Source: Craspedostauros australis (Eukaryota). Taken from it: 64,000 nucleotides of DNA. Each line of letters begins with the position of its first letter. Within the stretch, counting starts at the first letter, position 1. Positions 51,637 to 64,000 of this stretch are shown here, piece after piece. Made by a program: the position numbers and the translations under genes. Location: the NCBI GenBank assembly GCA_030167865.1, contig JALAGF010003865.1:1-64000 (forward strand), read 5' to 3'. Under the pieces are notes generated by a model. That model was not told the DNA's origin. It did not search any database and was given only the letters and a program-made list of their open reading frames with translations.

Positions 51637-52407
51637 ATGAAAGCATCAAAGATCTTGTTTGGCATCGTCCTTTTCCTCTCCGCCGGATCGGGCGCCTTCG
51701 CATGGGCATCGGCTGCGGCCACATCGGCCGTTGTGCTCAAGGACTACAGCGGCGCAGCGGCTGGACTGTTCAACAACATGCGCACCCCCGCCGCGCTGAT
51801 CGCCGGTTCGATCGTCCCGCTGGGTTTGCTGGGATCCGTCCCAGTCGTCGAAGGTGACGACAGCCGGACGCGTCTCCTGAAGAGGGGAAATATCCTCGTT
51901 GCCATCGCGTCCGTGCTGAGCGAGATCATCGCGATCACGTACTCCACGATCGCCATCAACAAACTGGCTGAGATCCAATATCCAGCCACTGCGTCGGTGG
52001 TGGAGCTGGTCATCAACCACCACGAGCTGGCATGGATCGGCACGAACATCCACTTTCTGGGAGGCATGCTCGGCTTCGGGTTGCTCGTCGGCAACAAGGC
52101 CTTCCTGAACTTCGGCCACAGGGTCGGCAAGGTCGCTGCGTGCTGGGGAGTCGCCGCCTTCCTCCAGTGCCTCTCCATCGTCAATCGAGGAATCGCGATG
52201 GGATCTGGCACGCTGGAAGAGACGTCGGCCAGAATCGCCTCCAACCTGTTCACCCTCACCACGAGGTACATTTTCCTCGTGCTCAAGAAGGCCGACGGAG
52301 TCCTCTCGATTGCGTCGATCGGCATCTTCGGCATGTCCCTCGTGTTGTTGGCGAAGCTGTTGCTCACCAATCCCGAGTCCGCCACGCCGAAGAACAAGAC
52401 TGCCTAA
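51637..52407 (+). CDS. Uncharacterised multi-pass membrane protein with signal peptide
   Basis: About 256 aa from ATG 51637, strong coding bias, signal peptide ending GSGA|FAW, about 5 hydrophobic helices. Confidence 0.82.
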   Translation: MKASKILFGIVLFLSAGSGAFAWASAAATSAVVLKDYSGAAAGLFNNMRTPAALIAGSIVPLGLLGSVPVVEGDDSRTRLLKRGNILVAIASVLSEIIAITYSTIAINKLAEIQYPATASVVELVINHHELAWIGTNIHFLGGMLGFGLLVGNKAFLNFGHRVGKVAACWGVAAFLQCLSIVNRGIAMGSGTLEETSARIASNLFTLTTRYIFLVLKKADGVLSIASIGIFGMSLVLLAKLLLTNPESATPKNKTA

Positions 52408-53168
52408 TTGATCGGTCAGTCAGTCGATGAACGAGTTCAAGGAGCGACGAAGTGGCTAACCATCGGTGCCCACAGATGGCTCCGAAGTTCAGTTGCGAAA
52501 GGATTGCTGATGGCGTCAACTTCCACGGAGTAGGTAGAGTGCTCGAGAGTACTCCGCAGTATTGCATTTCAAGGCCACAAATTGGTCTGTCACACGCAGC
52601 CCACTGTGGGCTGGACGACGGTGTACTCGCTAGAGAGTAATTAAGATGCCATAGAACATTGAATTGTATTATATGAACACATGATGTATTATTGCAAGTA
52701 AGTATTCTATGCGTGTATCGTGTGAGTTTGTGTGAGAGTACGATTATACGAGTATGCTCTACTCTTTCTGGGGAGAGTGAGAGCGAGAGTCTGCTTCGCT
52801 CCTTGACCTGTCCGAAGAAGAAGAAGAAGAAGAAGGAAACCACGTCTGTCTGCCGGCGCTGTTGAGACGTGTGTCGAACTTGTACTCACAGAACGAGGCA
52901 GCAGAAAGTGATGGCCGTGACAGCATCCACAAAAACAAGGCCGACGAAAAGACAACCACACACAACAACAACTCACAACGAGCAAACTTGTGACCACATC
53001 TCTCACACACACACAGACTGTTATTGCCACAGGAATACCTGCACATAGAAAGGGAAGCATCAGCACCAAAGACACTTGCAATCCAAACATCGGTAATAGA
53101 GTACAGTATTCCAGTGGTAGTCAACTATACTATCTACATTGCCCTATCAGTCAAGATTGTTCGGCATC

Positions 53169-53910
53169 ATGTCCAAGACAGAAGCAGTTCTGCTGAGCCT
53201 CACATCTCTTGGAACTTCCGCAAGGTGCGTTGCAACAGTTTTTACAGTCACACATAGCAGCACGATGCTGCCAAATTTTTGTTTTTGTTTTGTTTTTCCA
53301 CTCAGTCCGCCACAGGCTCACATCTTCGTCAACACGCATGTTCGAAACGCGTACTCCACTCAACTGTTCCACTCAACTGCTCCACTCTTTACTCGTATGC
53401 TTGCGCATCTGAATCCTATCTATCGCACTGATACCACATTGTCCTGCTCCCGTCTTGCTCTCGAATTCCCTACTTCTGCTTTCACGACAACCACATCACA
53501 GAGCATCTTCGATCCTGCAGAGGAACCCCAAGGTGAACGGACCCAAGCATGCGCTGGATTACGAGAAGGAATCCTCATGCTGGAACTCAGATGGCGTAAA
53601 ATCCGGCGAGACGCCCAAACCGCTGCATTTCATCGTGGACTTTGGCCGATCGGTGCGCGCCACGCAGATTCGGATCCAGTTCCAGGCTGGGTTTGTGGCG
53701 GAAGAAGTGGCGATCGAATACCAGACGGAATCGGGGTGGCAGACAGCCATGGAAGAGGAGGAGCTGGAAGATACGCACGAGATGCAGACGATCGACTTGG
53801 AATCTGAGGTCGTATGTCGGGCGATCAAGCTGAACTTGGATGAATTCAAGGACTTCTACGGACGAGTGACAGTATACCAGCTGCAAGTGTGGGGCCACGA
53901 AGCGGAATGA
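53169..53910 (+). CDS. NR2C2AP: Nuclear receptor 2C2-associated protein-like (discoidin/F5-8 type C fold); exons 53169-53224, 53502-53910
   Basis: ASSILQRN....GPKH.LD...SCWNSDG, IQFQAGF, DFYGRVTVYQL. Phase-2 intron. Confidence 0.85.
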
Positions 53911-54816
53911 GGTGCAAGGTGGGAATGGTAGTTGGATAGATCATGGTAATATGTTAGCTCATGCCAGAGCGTTGAATAGAATGAATGGCACGATTTGCAC
54001 AGTGTCGGTAGGACATGTCAATTCTCTCGATTCTCTGATCTCTAGATTATTATCGCGTACCTGCGATGATGTCATTCTAGTCGAACTAGTCTGTGAGTCA
54101 TATGTATTTTCAGTGAATGATGCAGAAATTTGGAGCTTTGTCGGCCAAAGTGCGCCGTCTCGCGTGTCGCAGTTGCTAAGTAGGGAGCCGTTGGGAAGCC
54201 TTTCAAACTGCACGTCACGACGGAATCGCTCGTTGGATTGGTGGGAAGCACATGTCACAAAGGAAAAGAGGTGGGATGAAGGCGATGCGTTGGCTGTAAT
54301 TTGTGCGTGCGACGGCGCACAGAGTCAACAGGCGTGATGGCGAAGTGGACGAAATCTGGCGAAAGCCGAAGTCTCATTGCACCAAGAATGCTGGCACTCT
54401 TTCTTGCCATGGGTTCACTGTTTCTTGTTTGATCGATTGTCACAACAAGAAGCAACAAAGACAGGGGCGCCTCTTCATCTATGACAGAGAGCCTGAGACT
54501 GAGAGGAACTGTGTGCTTCGTGTCGTCGTCAGCATCAGTCACAACGGCAGTGTCGAGTACATAGCTGTGCCAATACACACCTCTGCAGCCATATCCCACA
54601 GAACCCTTGCAATAGTGGCACCCTACATGCTCCACCAAGATCCTGATCGCAACGCTCTGAGAGCTATCTACTGTCACAGTACACCTCCTCTACGTGTTCC
54701 ATTCCAACATATAGCATACATAGTATACCACACCATACACAAGACCACAAGACTGCAAGACTGCAAGACCGCAAGACAACACGATAGTCAAAGACGAGCG
54801 GAGCGTTGAGCCCACG

Positions 54817-55129
54817 ATGGTGAACAAGTCGACGCAGCTGGGATCGGCAAGAGACAACGGAAGCACGAGGATCTCTCCCAATTCATTCCGAAAGATGAAC
54901 TCCAAGCCTCTTTCTCATTCCTTCGCAGCGATTGTGGAACCCGACTCTGAGGACGAGGAGCCCGTGCATTCGGATCGTCATCGTCGTCATCGCAGTCCAC
55001 AGCAGCAGCAGCAGCAGCAGGAGAGCCATGGGCGCATTGTGACCCCCACGAACATCAGCGGTGGCAATGCATCTGAGACGACCGCTGTGGAGAAGTGGCT
55101 AATGTCTCCTGCTCACGCCACTCCCAACC

Positions 55130-55168
<39 letters not shown>

Positions 55169-56829
55169 GCATCAGAAGCAGCAGCAGTCACAAAGATCGA
55201 CAGACCAACGGGGCCTTCACCGCCAGAACGGGCGCGTTCAGCCCCGTCGGAGACTCCAGCTCCATCGTTTCATGTCCACCAGGGATGGATCAGCAACGAC
55301 TTCGCAATCGCTGGAAGCAACGGGCCAAGGATCACATGGGAATCTCAAGCACGGAGCATTCGCAAGGATCCATGCATCGACACTCGCATCATGGCAGTCG
55401 GGGGTCCCGGCGGGTCTCCAGATCTTCGGCTGGGCACTCAAGAAGGCCGGCATCGTCCAAGAGGCGCTCGGCCAACGACATCCTGCGATCATCGCAGATC
55501 CAAGAGAATGACATTCCAACAACGGATGAGGCCCACAGATCTTCAGACCCAAACATTATCGATGCCGACGGCGCTGCAGACCCCCAAATCAGAAGCAGAG
55601 AAAAGACAACGAAGGCAGCTCCACGACGACGAAACACGGACTCGGGGATTGTCTGCATCGATTTGACAAACTATCCAGAACCACGCACAGTGCAGAGCAA
55701 AGGCGATGGCACAAGCAAATCAGCTGTCGTCACACCTCCACACTCTCCCATCTGCACGCACCCATCGAAGCGAGGTTCGCCGGACACAGTGCCATCCGTG
55801 GCATCCATGTACCGCAACCAAGCCTCATCAATGCCCACCGATCATTCCTCCTCAAGATCCATCCTGGATTCCAACAACTTCTCCGAATCAAAGCACGAGA
55901 GGGTCCTTGTCACCAACACTCCAAATGGTGAGAAGCGGGAGAGTCCGCATTCGCATGTGGGTACACATCCGGGCAAAGATGCACGCGCAAATCTCAACAC
56001 CAGCACCACCGTGCAAGTGGGTACGCCCACCAGCGGCAGCAGCGCGACTGCTGCTCCCTTGTCGCTCGCCAGACGCACAGGACCCCGTACCAACAGAATC
56101 TCGCTGCACATTTACGATCTCATTTCTTCCGAGGTCATCATGCAGTTGCCGTTTGGTTGCCAGTTCCCCATAGGAGAATGCTTCACCGCCGTCAACTCCA
56201 GCCTTCACTCCATGGGAACCGGCGCCTACCATGTCGGCATTGAGATCAACGGCGTAGAATACGCATTCGGTGCCAACGACACCAAGGGCGCCACGGGCGT
56301 CTTCACCTGCTTCCCCAAGAGCTCACCGGGATACCAGTACCGCACCACCATCGAATTCGGCGAGCGCTCGCTCAAGCGCAAGGCCTACTTCGTCCGTGGA
56401 GCCGTGCGTGATGCACCTCCAACGGATGGCAAGCCCTACCGCATGATCGAGCGATACGTCGATGGCAGAGAGATCATCCGGGAGATGGCGCGCCAGTACA
56501 TGGGCATGGACTACGATCTGCTCAGGAAGAACTGCTGTTCCTTCGCCCACGATGCTTGCGTGCGTCTCGGAATTCCGGACGCGGAGATCCCTTCCTGGTT
56601 CCGCAACTTGGCGATGGCCGGCGCCGTCACGCAGGATGCGGCACGCAGCGCCACAAACCCCATCACCTCCATGCTGGCCACCTGCGATTGCGACAACACG
56701 GATGATATTGTGCAGCCGACCGACTTCGGTCTGTCCTCCTCTACACATCAACAACAGCATCGCAGCGCCAAGGGCAAGCTCTTCGATGAGGAAGTGACCA
56801 TGAAACGCGCCGAAAGTTGGAGGCTTTAG
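54817..56829 (+). CDS. PPPDE/DeSI (C97) peptidase with long disordered N-terminus
   Basis: LHIYDL, GAYHVGIEINGVEYAFG (catalytic His), YDLLRKNCCSFA (catalytic Cys), IPSW..NLA. Confidence 0.88.
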
Positions 56830-57211
56830 ACCAGTCCGCATCAAACATGTATTATACCATACACACCGTGATCCAAGCGTCCCCCCGATGCCATTTGCAT
56901 GCAGACGACTCAATGTGAGACCAACAGCATCATCAACATCAACAACGACTATGTATAACGTGCTACTCATCCACCCCAAATACTTTAGCAACAGCATTCA
57001 TAAGCCAACATGCGTACTGGTACCGTACGAACACAAGTACGCACACAACAATGAAGTGTAGAGTAGCAGACAGCTGATGGTTGGATTCTCTCTCTAGAGA
57101 GAGTACGAGTTGAGGAGGATGCTGTTGTGTGAAACTCTTCTCAATTTGAATAGTGCTTTACGCATGCTCGCATGTCTGTATATAAGTACGTACGAACACT
57201 CCGCTCTATCT

Positions 57212-60200
57212 TCATGGCATCGCCTCCAACGCAAGAATGATCTGCTCGAACGTTGGTCGTTCGTTGGGATCCTTCTTGATGCACGAACGAATCAATGCCT
57301 GGAAGGGTGGCGGGCACCACTTTGGAATGTCGGGTCGCTTGTCGCGATTCAGCACGGCGAGTGCGCACTGAATGGCCGACATGCCATCGTAGGGACATTC
57401 CCTGGACAGCAGCTCCCAACAAATGATGCCAAAGCTGTAGATGTCCGCCTTCTCGTTGTACTTCATGTTCGCGAGCACTTCCGGTGCCATCCATTGGACC
57501 GTTCCGCAGTTCCCCGTCATGCTGCGCTCCTGCGACTTGAGGCGGCTGAGACCAAAATCGCACACCTTGGCAGTGTAGCTCTCGGTGAGAAGGAGATTGG
57601 CCGACTTCAAGTCTCGATGCAGGACGGGAGGGTCGCCGCTGTGCAAGTACGCCATGCCCTGCGCAGCGCCAGATGCGACATTCTTGACCAACTTCCATGG
57701 CCAGGTGCCCTTGGGTGGGATCGGCGCTGTCAATCTGTTGGCGGTGTTGTTGGTGCTGGGAGGTGTTCCATGGCGGTTCGGGACGTACAGACGCATTGGC
57801 CAGGAACCCTTCGCGGTGCCATCGGCTGGAACGTACGGCGCGTTGAGTGGTAGGCGCAATGAATCCCATACAGACCCATTGATTGCCAGTTCGGTGATGA
57901 TCGCTCGATTGGGCGGATCGAAGCAGGCTCCCATGAATAGGCAGATATTCGGGTGTCTCATTCCCTACGAATGTCGTGTCGTGTGGTCGGTTCACATGGC
58001 AGTAGAGTACGGATGTTGAGAGTATTTGAAGCGCGATTAGAAAGCAGAGTAGTTGGTTGCATTGCACCAACGCACGTTAGACGAGAATGGGTGAGCGGAC
58101 GAGCCAAACACACTTACACATGCACTTTGTACGCACACAATTGAAATAATACCGACACCATGACGCCATCAACAGCGACGACGACGACGACATACCTTCA
58201 ACAAGTTGATTTCCGCCTTGAATTCCTGGAGGATCGACTTGGCAACTCGTTTGCCCTGTGCGGATCCTGTCAGGATCTTGACCGCGACTGGTGTTCCCCG
58301 CCATGTTGCCTTCCAGATCTGTCCAAATCCGCCACCGCCAATCACTTCTTGCAGCTTCAGTTCTTCGAAGCGGATCTTGGTCTTGAGGGAGTTCTTGGAG
58401 TCAGTGGACATGGTGAGGTCGGGACGGACGTGGCGGATGTTCTTGTGCGGATCGCCCGATGGGATGGTGATGTCATCCCCAGACGCCATGCTTGTTTCTG
58501 ATGCGAAGCTCGCGGTGGAATTGTCATCATTCCGGAGGATGGCGTCGGTACGGCCACCTGCCTGCTTCGGATTATGTTGCAATCGGCTAGATGGCCTCGT
58601 CACATCCAGCTTGGACGCTGCGGGTTGCGCATCCGGTTGCACACGGACGTCCCAGTGGGTGGAATTGCCCGTCTCCATTTGCACCAGCTCCAATTCCTCC
58701 ATCGACAATGATTCTGGTGGTGGCAAAGGCGACATGTTCTGTGGTCGACCGACGACTTCACCAAGAAGAGCATCGTCTTCATCTTCGCTGAACTGTGGTG
58801 CTTTGAGCGTGCGCTTCTGCATGTACTGCAGATTCGGAAGGAAAGGGATATGATTCACATCATCCGCAGCGTCATTTCCGGATGCGGCAGCAGCTATTGC
58901 TGCAATGTCGGCATCATCCGCTCGTGGGAACATGCTGGGGCCGGTGTAATTGGAATCGCCGTACTGTGGCACACGATCGTCGACATCGATGGATGGGATC
59001 TTCAATCCATCGTGCAGGCTGAGAATATGGTGGCATGCGTTGCCGCCAGCTGCATTGCTGTTGTTGCCATCGGCGGACGAAAAGCGATACTGTTTACGGA
59101 CGTTGCCAACGCGTGGCGTTTCGTCGGCATGGCCAGGGCTGAGCAGGAGGCTATGGTGATTGGATCGTGCCGAAGACGCATGGAAGGAACTGTACATATG
59201 CGCGGATAATGAAGATGGTACCTTGGAGGTTGCTGACGATCGTCTGTTCTTGAGGGTGCTGCTGTTGCTTTCGGAGTACGACATGTTGTGCTGCTGCTGC
59301 GATTCCATGCCGTCTGCTGCGGTTGACGTGGTGATTACAATGTTTTCCAAGTCGACCGAGCTGTCGTCTCCAAAGACATTGTGCGCTGGTGCTGGTGCTG
59401 TATTGTCATTTCCATTGTGCATCGACGAAGTGAACGATGAAAAGTTGGATGATGTCTCCAAAGGTGTAGCGTGAAGATGACGCGTGGGCGTTTGGGCAAT
59501 CTCTTCGGGCATTGTGAGCAAAGACGCGTCCTGGCCTGGCCGCAGTAGACTTCGGGATGCATCGTTTGCGGCATCGGCGTTGTTGTGCTTGGCGCCGCTG
59601 CCGCTGATCTTGGGTGTTGCACCCACGACGAGGCGTGCGCGGGATGCCGACGACGCGGTGGATTCGGGGGTGGTGAGAGAGACGTTGGCGAGGCCGTTGT
59701 CACCATCATCATTGCTGTTGTTTGAGCCCTTGGCGATTCCACTGTGAGCGTCGGAAGCAGCGATATCATCCGTCTTTTTGGGAGCGGCGAACGTTGTTGT
59801 GGATGGTAAGATGGCGGCGCTCCCGCTGTTGAGTCGATTGGTGATCGTCTTGTTAATGGCTGGCGATCTATTGGCATTGACCTGACGCAGCTGCGCTTGC
59901 GGAGCTGTTGTCTTGAAGGATGGCATGGTGAGGCCTGCTCCGACATCCAAGGAATCGAGGTTTGCTGTTGGGTTGCCGTAGTAGCTGGAGTATCCGCTTG
60001 ATTTGTACTCGGGGATCGCACCAGCTTGCATTTGTGGTTGCTGATTCTGTTGTTGTTGACTTTGCTGCTGCTGATGAAGCTGCTGCTGATGAAGCTGCTG
60101 CTGCATGTGCTGTTTCTGCTGATGCGGAGAAACCACTGCGGTCATTGTGAAGTCGGAGGAGTTCTTGTAACTGCTGGCGTTGCGATATCTCGTCTGACTT

Positions 60201-61429
60201 TCCCCCATGTTGTGCTTCGGCGAATGGTAAAAGTGTGACGCTGCTGGCAATGTGGTTGACAATTGTCCCGCCGCAGCGTTCTTGATCGTTGCTGCATCCG
60301 TATGCTGCTGGAGATGACCTGGAAACGGCGGTTGGCTGCGATCAAGCTGAAACTGATTGACGCCAACACCAACACCAACGCCACCCTGCTGCAGCTGTTG
60401 GTTGCGAGTGTTGCTGCAGGAATGCGTGGATGCATCATTCTGCGCATACGCCTGGTGGTAATAGGTGCTGGTGTTGCTGCCAGCAATGTTGTTGTTGTGG
60501 TTGTGATTATTGGTGTTGCTGCTGGCGGCGATGGCGTTGTTGTGGTTGTATTGCAATTGGAAGACGCTGCGTTCCGGTGTCATGAGAGCGTCCGTGGGCA
60601 TGGTTGTCATGCCCTTGTTGCCTGCCGCGCTGACGCTTCCCGCACCTCCGACGCCATTTGGGTTTGGAGTGTAGAGCCTGGCTCCATTCTGGACCTCCTC
60701 CTCATCGTCGCTCCATTCATCCGTCTTCTTCTTGGTGCGTGTCTTGTACATCCTGCGCTGGCGCTGCTGCTGGCGCCTTCGGCTTCCGCGAGCATTGGAA
60801 CCGGAGTTGTAGTAGCCGTAGTAGGTGTTGGAGTGCGTGTAGTTGGAGTCGTTGCCATGATTGGACTCGAAGACGGTGTGCAGGAACAAGGCGCTGAGGA
60901 CCACGATCATGCCCACGAGAAGGAAGGCGGAGTAGAGGGAGGTGTCGGTCGCGGTCGTGTGATCCGCGGGGAGACCGAGCTCCTCGTTGGTGAAGATGTC
61001 CTTCCAGTGATCCACGCTAAGTTGCTGACCGTCGTCGAAGCGTGGGTAGCGCTCGTTCGGTTGTTGCTGTTGCATTCGCGGTTCTGGCTGTGGGTAGCTG
61101 CCGGTGATGAGGTCATCGCGATCAGTCGCTGCGCCTGCAGCGTTGCCCCGCGCAGACAGAGGATCGTTGCGGTCGTTCGGCTGTTGTCGCTTTTGTTGGT
61201 TGCCATCGCGGTCGTTCTGATGCAGCTCCTTGTTGAGCTCATACTGCATCTTGTAGTTGGAGGATCTCCGCAACCTGTACTTTCCTGCCATCGAGGAGGC
61301 TGCCCGTGCGTCCGCGACGATGTCATCCTCTTCTGCCGGATTGATCTTCTTCGTTGGTTTGCGGTAGTCCGCATTGCCATCGCCGATTCCTGAGATGAAA
61401 TGCGGAACTCTGGGTCGTTTGCCTTTCAT
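57212..61429 (-). CDS. Raf/CTR1-like TKL Ser/Thr kinase with N-terminal TM helix; exons 61429-58196, 57964-57212
   Basis: IGGGGFG, WRGTPVAVK, RHPNICLFMGAC, HRDLKSANLL, KVCDFGLSR, GTVQWMAPE, KADIYSFG. Phase-0 intron. TM segment FLLVGMIVVLSALFLHTVF. Confidence 0.92.
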
Positions 61430-62881
61430 TTTGGAGATGGAAAAGAGTATTGAGTATAGAATAGGACAGAGTCCAGAGCACAGAGTATACTCGCTCTATT
61501 ACAGTGGTGCGGTTGTATCGTCTGCGGCTCAGAGAGTGTGGAGGGTCTGGGTGAGATTCCAGAGATTCCTCTTGTTGCTTCAGCTATGCTGCTTTTTGTG
61601 TCCTCTGCTTCGCTTGTGCTTCGCCTTGTCCTGGAGTGTTGTCTCTTGGCTGCTTGGGACAAGAACACGCGCGCAGATACAAGCTACCCACAAGAGAGTG
61701 CGAATTCTGAAGCCTTCTGATTGTTCTGCGAAGCCGCGGACGTAATTGTGATGTTTGAACCTGACCGGAGGGACCTCTTTCGTTGTGTGTGTTGTGTTGA
61801 CACGCTTCCAGACCTGGATTCGCGTTGTTTTGACGTGTTTGCTCCTCAGTTTCTTGGTTTCTCGGTTGTTGGCGATGATGACTTCAAAGATCCGCAAACA
61901 TGCGCTTTATGAATCCGACGTGCTCCCTTCTCCGCCCAGAGTCTCTCTGCTGGCAACGATGAGGCTGCCTTTCGTTCTTCCTCTCTCTACTCTGCTTGTA
62001 TCTGGCTCTCTTCAATGCTCTTGGAGTCGCTACCTTTCGCGTCCTCTCCTCTCCCCTTGGTCTCTCTTGTCTGCTTTCGCTTGTTTCTTTCCTGACTTGG
62101 AGTTGGTGTGGAGTTTTGCCTGTTTCGACACATTTACCGTATTCTTTCCACTCTCACGATCCTAACCACTGCAACACGCACACAAACGCACAACAGAACA
62201 CCAACTCGTGGAGGCAAACAGATCGCGCGCAAAACAGAGAGGTTCCGTTTCCTCAACGCCCACGCGTCTTTGCGTATCACGGATACGGACACCATTCTCG
62301 TTTGCCGATTTTATCGTGGGCTTTCACCACGATACTCGTGACACTCCCCAACAGAGCGATGTCGTGTTTGTTTGGTGCTTTGACATGGCTGCGACACGAT
62401 ACATATCGCTTGTTGTCGTGGATCACAACAGGCATGTCGCATGCGACGCCATCACACACATCAAACCTGTGATTTGCGTTGAACTGATATTTTCGATCTC
62501 TTGCGAGGTCTCAGATCTATTTCAATCCACGAGTGAAATGACAGCAATCGTGCATGACGTCAGTATTCCGACAACCAACCAAAGAGAGAAAACGCAACAG
62601 AAAACTTGGCAAGTGTGATCAACAACAACCACGAGAGCAATCGCAGTCGACGACTGGAACCTCGAGCATACCTGCGGGCCAATCCACACAACAGACGCCA
62701 ACCGTCCAACATCCAGGGCCATTGAGATCATCCCACCCAACGAGCGCGCTATACATGCAAGTACTTGTGGATCAGAACGAACAAAAGAGCGCTGAACTGG
62801 GTTCTACTCCACTGCACTCCATTCTACTCCACTCCACTCGCATTCCGACGTCTCCGCACCCTTCGCAGAAGCATCCGAAAC

Positions 62882-63598
62882 ATGACAGGAACCACCGACA
62901 CCCTCATGGCCGCGGCTGCCAATACGTCTAATACGAACGTCCGGTGTGGAAGACAACGATCCCAGAAACCAAAAATGACAAAGGCGGAACGCAGAGAGAA
63001 GTACACTGCGATCGCCAGAAAACGACGCGAAAAAGTCAAGGAACGTCAATTCGGTGGCTCGCGCCGGCATTCCAGATACGGCAACCATGGAAAAACGCGC
63101 AAGGATGTGTGCTACCTCTGCCGCAAACCAGGGCACACCGTCGCCAACTGTCCGAAGCAGCAGCAAGGCCATGCAGCAAGCGCGAAATCCATCTGCTATC
63201 GATGCGGCTCGCAAGAACACACCCTATCTGGCTGTCCCCAGCAGGCCGATCCGAACAATCGCGACAATTTGGCATTCGCAACCTGCTACGTTTGCAATCA
63301 ACGAGGACATTTGGCATCCAAATGCCCACAGAACGAACATGGCCTTTACGTGCGGGGTGGGTCCTGCCGGTTCTGCGAGTCTGTACATCACTTGTCCAAA
63401 CACTGTCCAGAGCGACCGGATGGCAGAAATTACAGTCATAACAACACGAGGCAGAGCAAGAAACAGAAGGAAGACGACGACAGCATCATTCCGGATGATG
63501 AAATTCTGCAAGATCTGGTGGAGAACGCCGAGTCTTCAAGGAAAGGAAGCTCCACACCCAAGGCGGAAGTCAAGAAGAAGCGGGTCGTCCAGTTTTAA
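62882..63598 (+). CDS. ZCCHC9: CCHC zinc-knuckle protein, ZCCHC9-like
   Basis: Four CX2CX4HX4C knuckles, linker CPQNEHGLYVRGGSC, basic N-terminus, C-terminus KKKRVVQF. Confidence 0.75.
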   Translation: MTGTTDTLMAAAANTSNTNVRCGRQRSQKPKMTKAERREKYTAIARKRREKVKERQFGGSRRHSRYGNHGKTRKDVCYLCRKPGHTVANCPKQQQGHAASAKSICYRCGSQEHTLSGCPQQADPNNRDNLAFATCYVCNQRGHLASKCPQNEHGLYVRGGSCRFCESVHHLSKHCPERPDGRNYSHNNTRQSKKQKEDDDSIIPDDEILQDLVENAESSRKGSSTPKAEVKKKRVVQF

Positions 63599-64000
63599 AA
63601 GAATTTAACGCTGTCTTGATGTTGCATTATATTATTCCATATAATATAATATAATATAATGTAATATAGAATTATACACCGCAATGTACACTTACTCGTA
63701 CTCATAGGCATTGCATGAGAATGTGAGGAAAGAGAAGACGAGAGAGGGTGGATGGAAGGAATTCGATGGCGCCCCTTGAGCCGATGTGGGGCGCGGTATC
63801 CATGTCTCAAAAAGAATCCGAAACGTGCGCACACGTTTGTGCCCATCGAAGGTCAACCCAACGCTCCGCGCACCTGTCGCGTCGTTCTCGATCGCCAGAG
63901 ACAACACAACACACAACACACAACCACAAACAACACATAAAACTTTGGATTTGCTCATTCGTTGCTCTTGTCATCATCGTCGTCATCGTCATCGTCATCG

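Noticed and set aside
54061-54126. ATGATGT...ATGA with a short stem as a C/D snoRNA
   Set aside because: No canonical D box and no recognisable rRNA guide.
62882-63598. CCHC knuckles as a retrotransposon gag
   Set aside because: No protease, RT, integrase or LTRs nearby. The four-knuckle layout fits a host ZCCHC9-like gene.

Overview
Eukaryotic nuclear DNA, most likely a diatom or related ochrophyte. This is inferred from GT-AG introns, signal-peptide-plus-aromatic-residue (ASAFAP-like) plastid presequences, poly-Q/poly-N tracts and microsatellite-rich intergenic DNA. About 22 protein-coding genes were reconstructed by hand, with splice phases checked by eye. They include an RWD protein, a mitochondrial carrier, organellar IleRS, TAF1, NDUFA9, EIPR1, AsnRS, PP1, a GT4 glycosyltransferase, PRMT1, NR2C2AP, a PPPDE peptidase, a membrane-anchored TKL kinase and a ZCCHC9-like protein. 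Highlights: (1) a head-to-head pair of orphan coiled-coil paralogues that align almost without gaps, immediately followed by a head-to-head pair of vacuolar-sorting-receptor paralogues; (2) a nuclear-encoded, apparently plastid-targeted F1 ATP synthase alpha-like protein lacking the P-loop; (3) a U36/snR47-like double-guide box C/D snoRNA in IleRS intron 3; (4) an AsnRS with an atypical motif mosaic; (5) a membrane protein with a faint Orai-like pattern. No CRISPR array, tRNA, rRNA or intact transposon was recognised. No database searches were run; family calls rest on recalled motifs.
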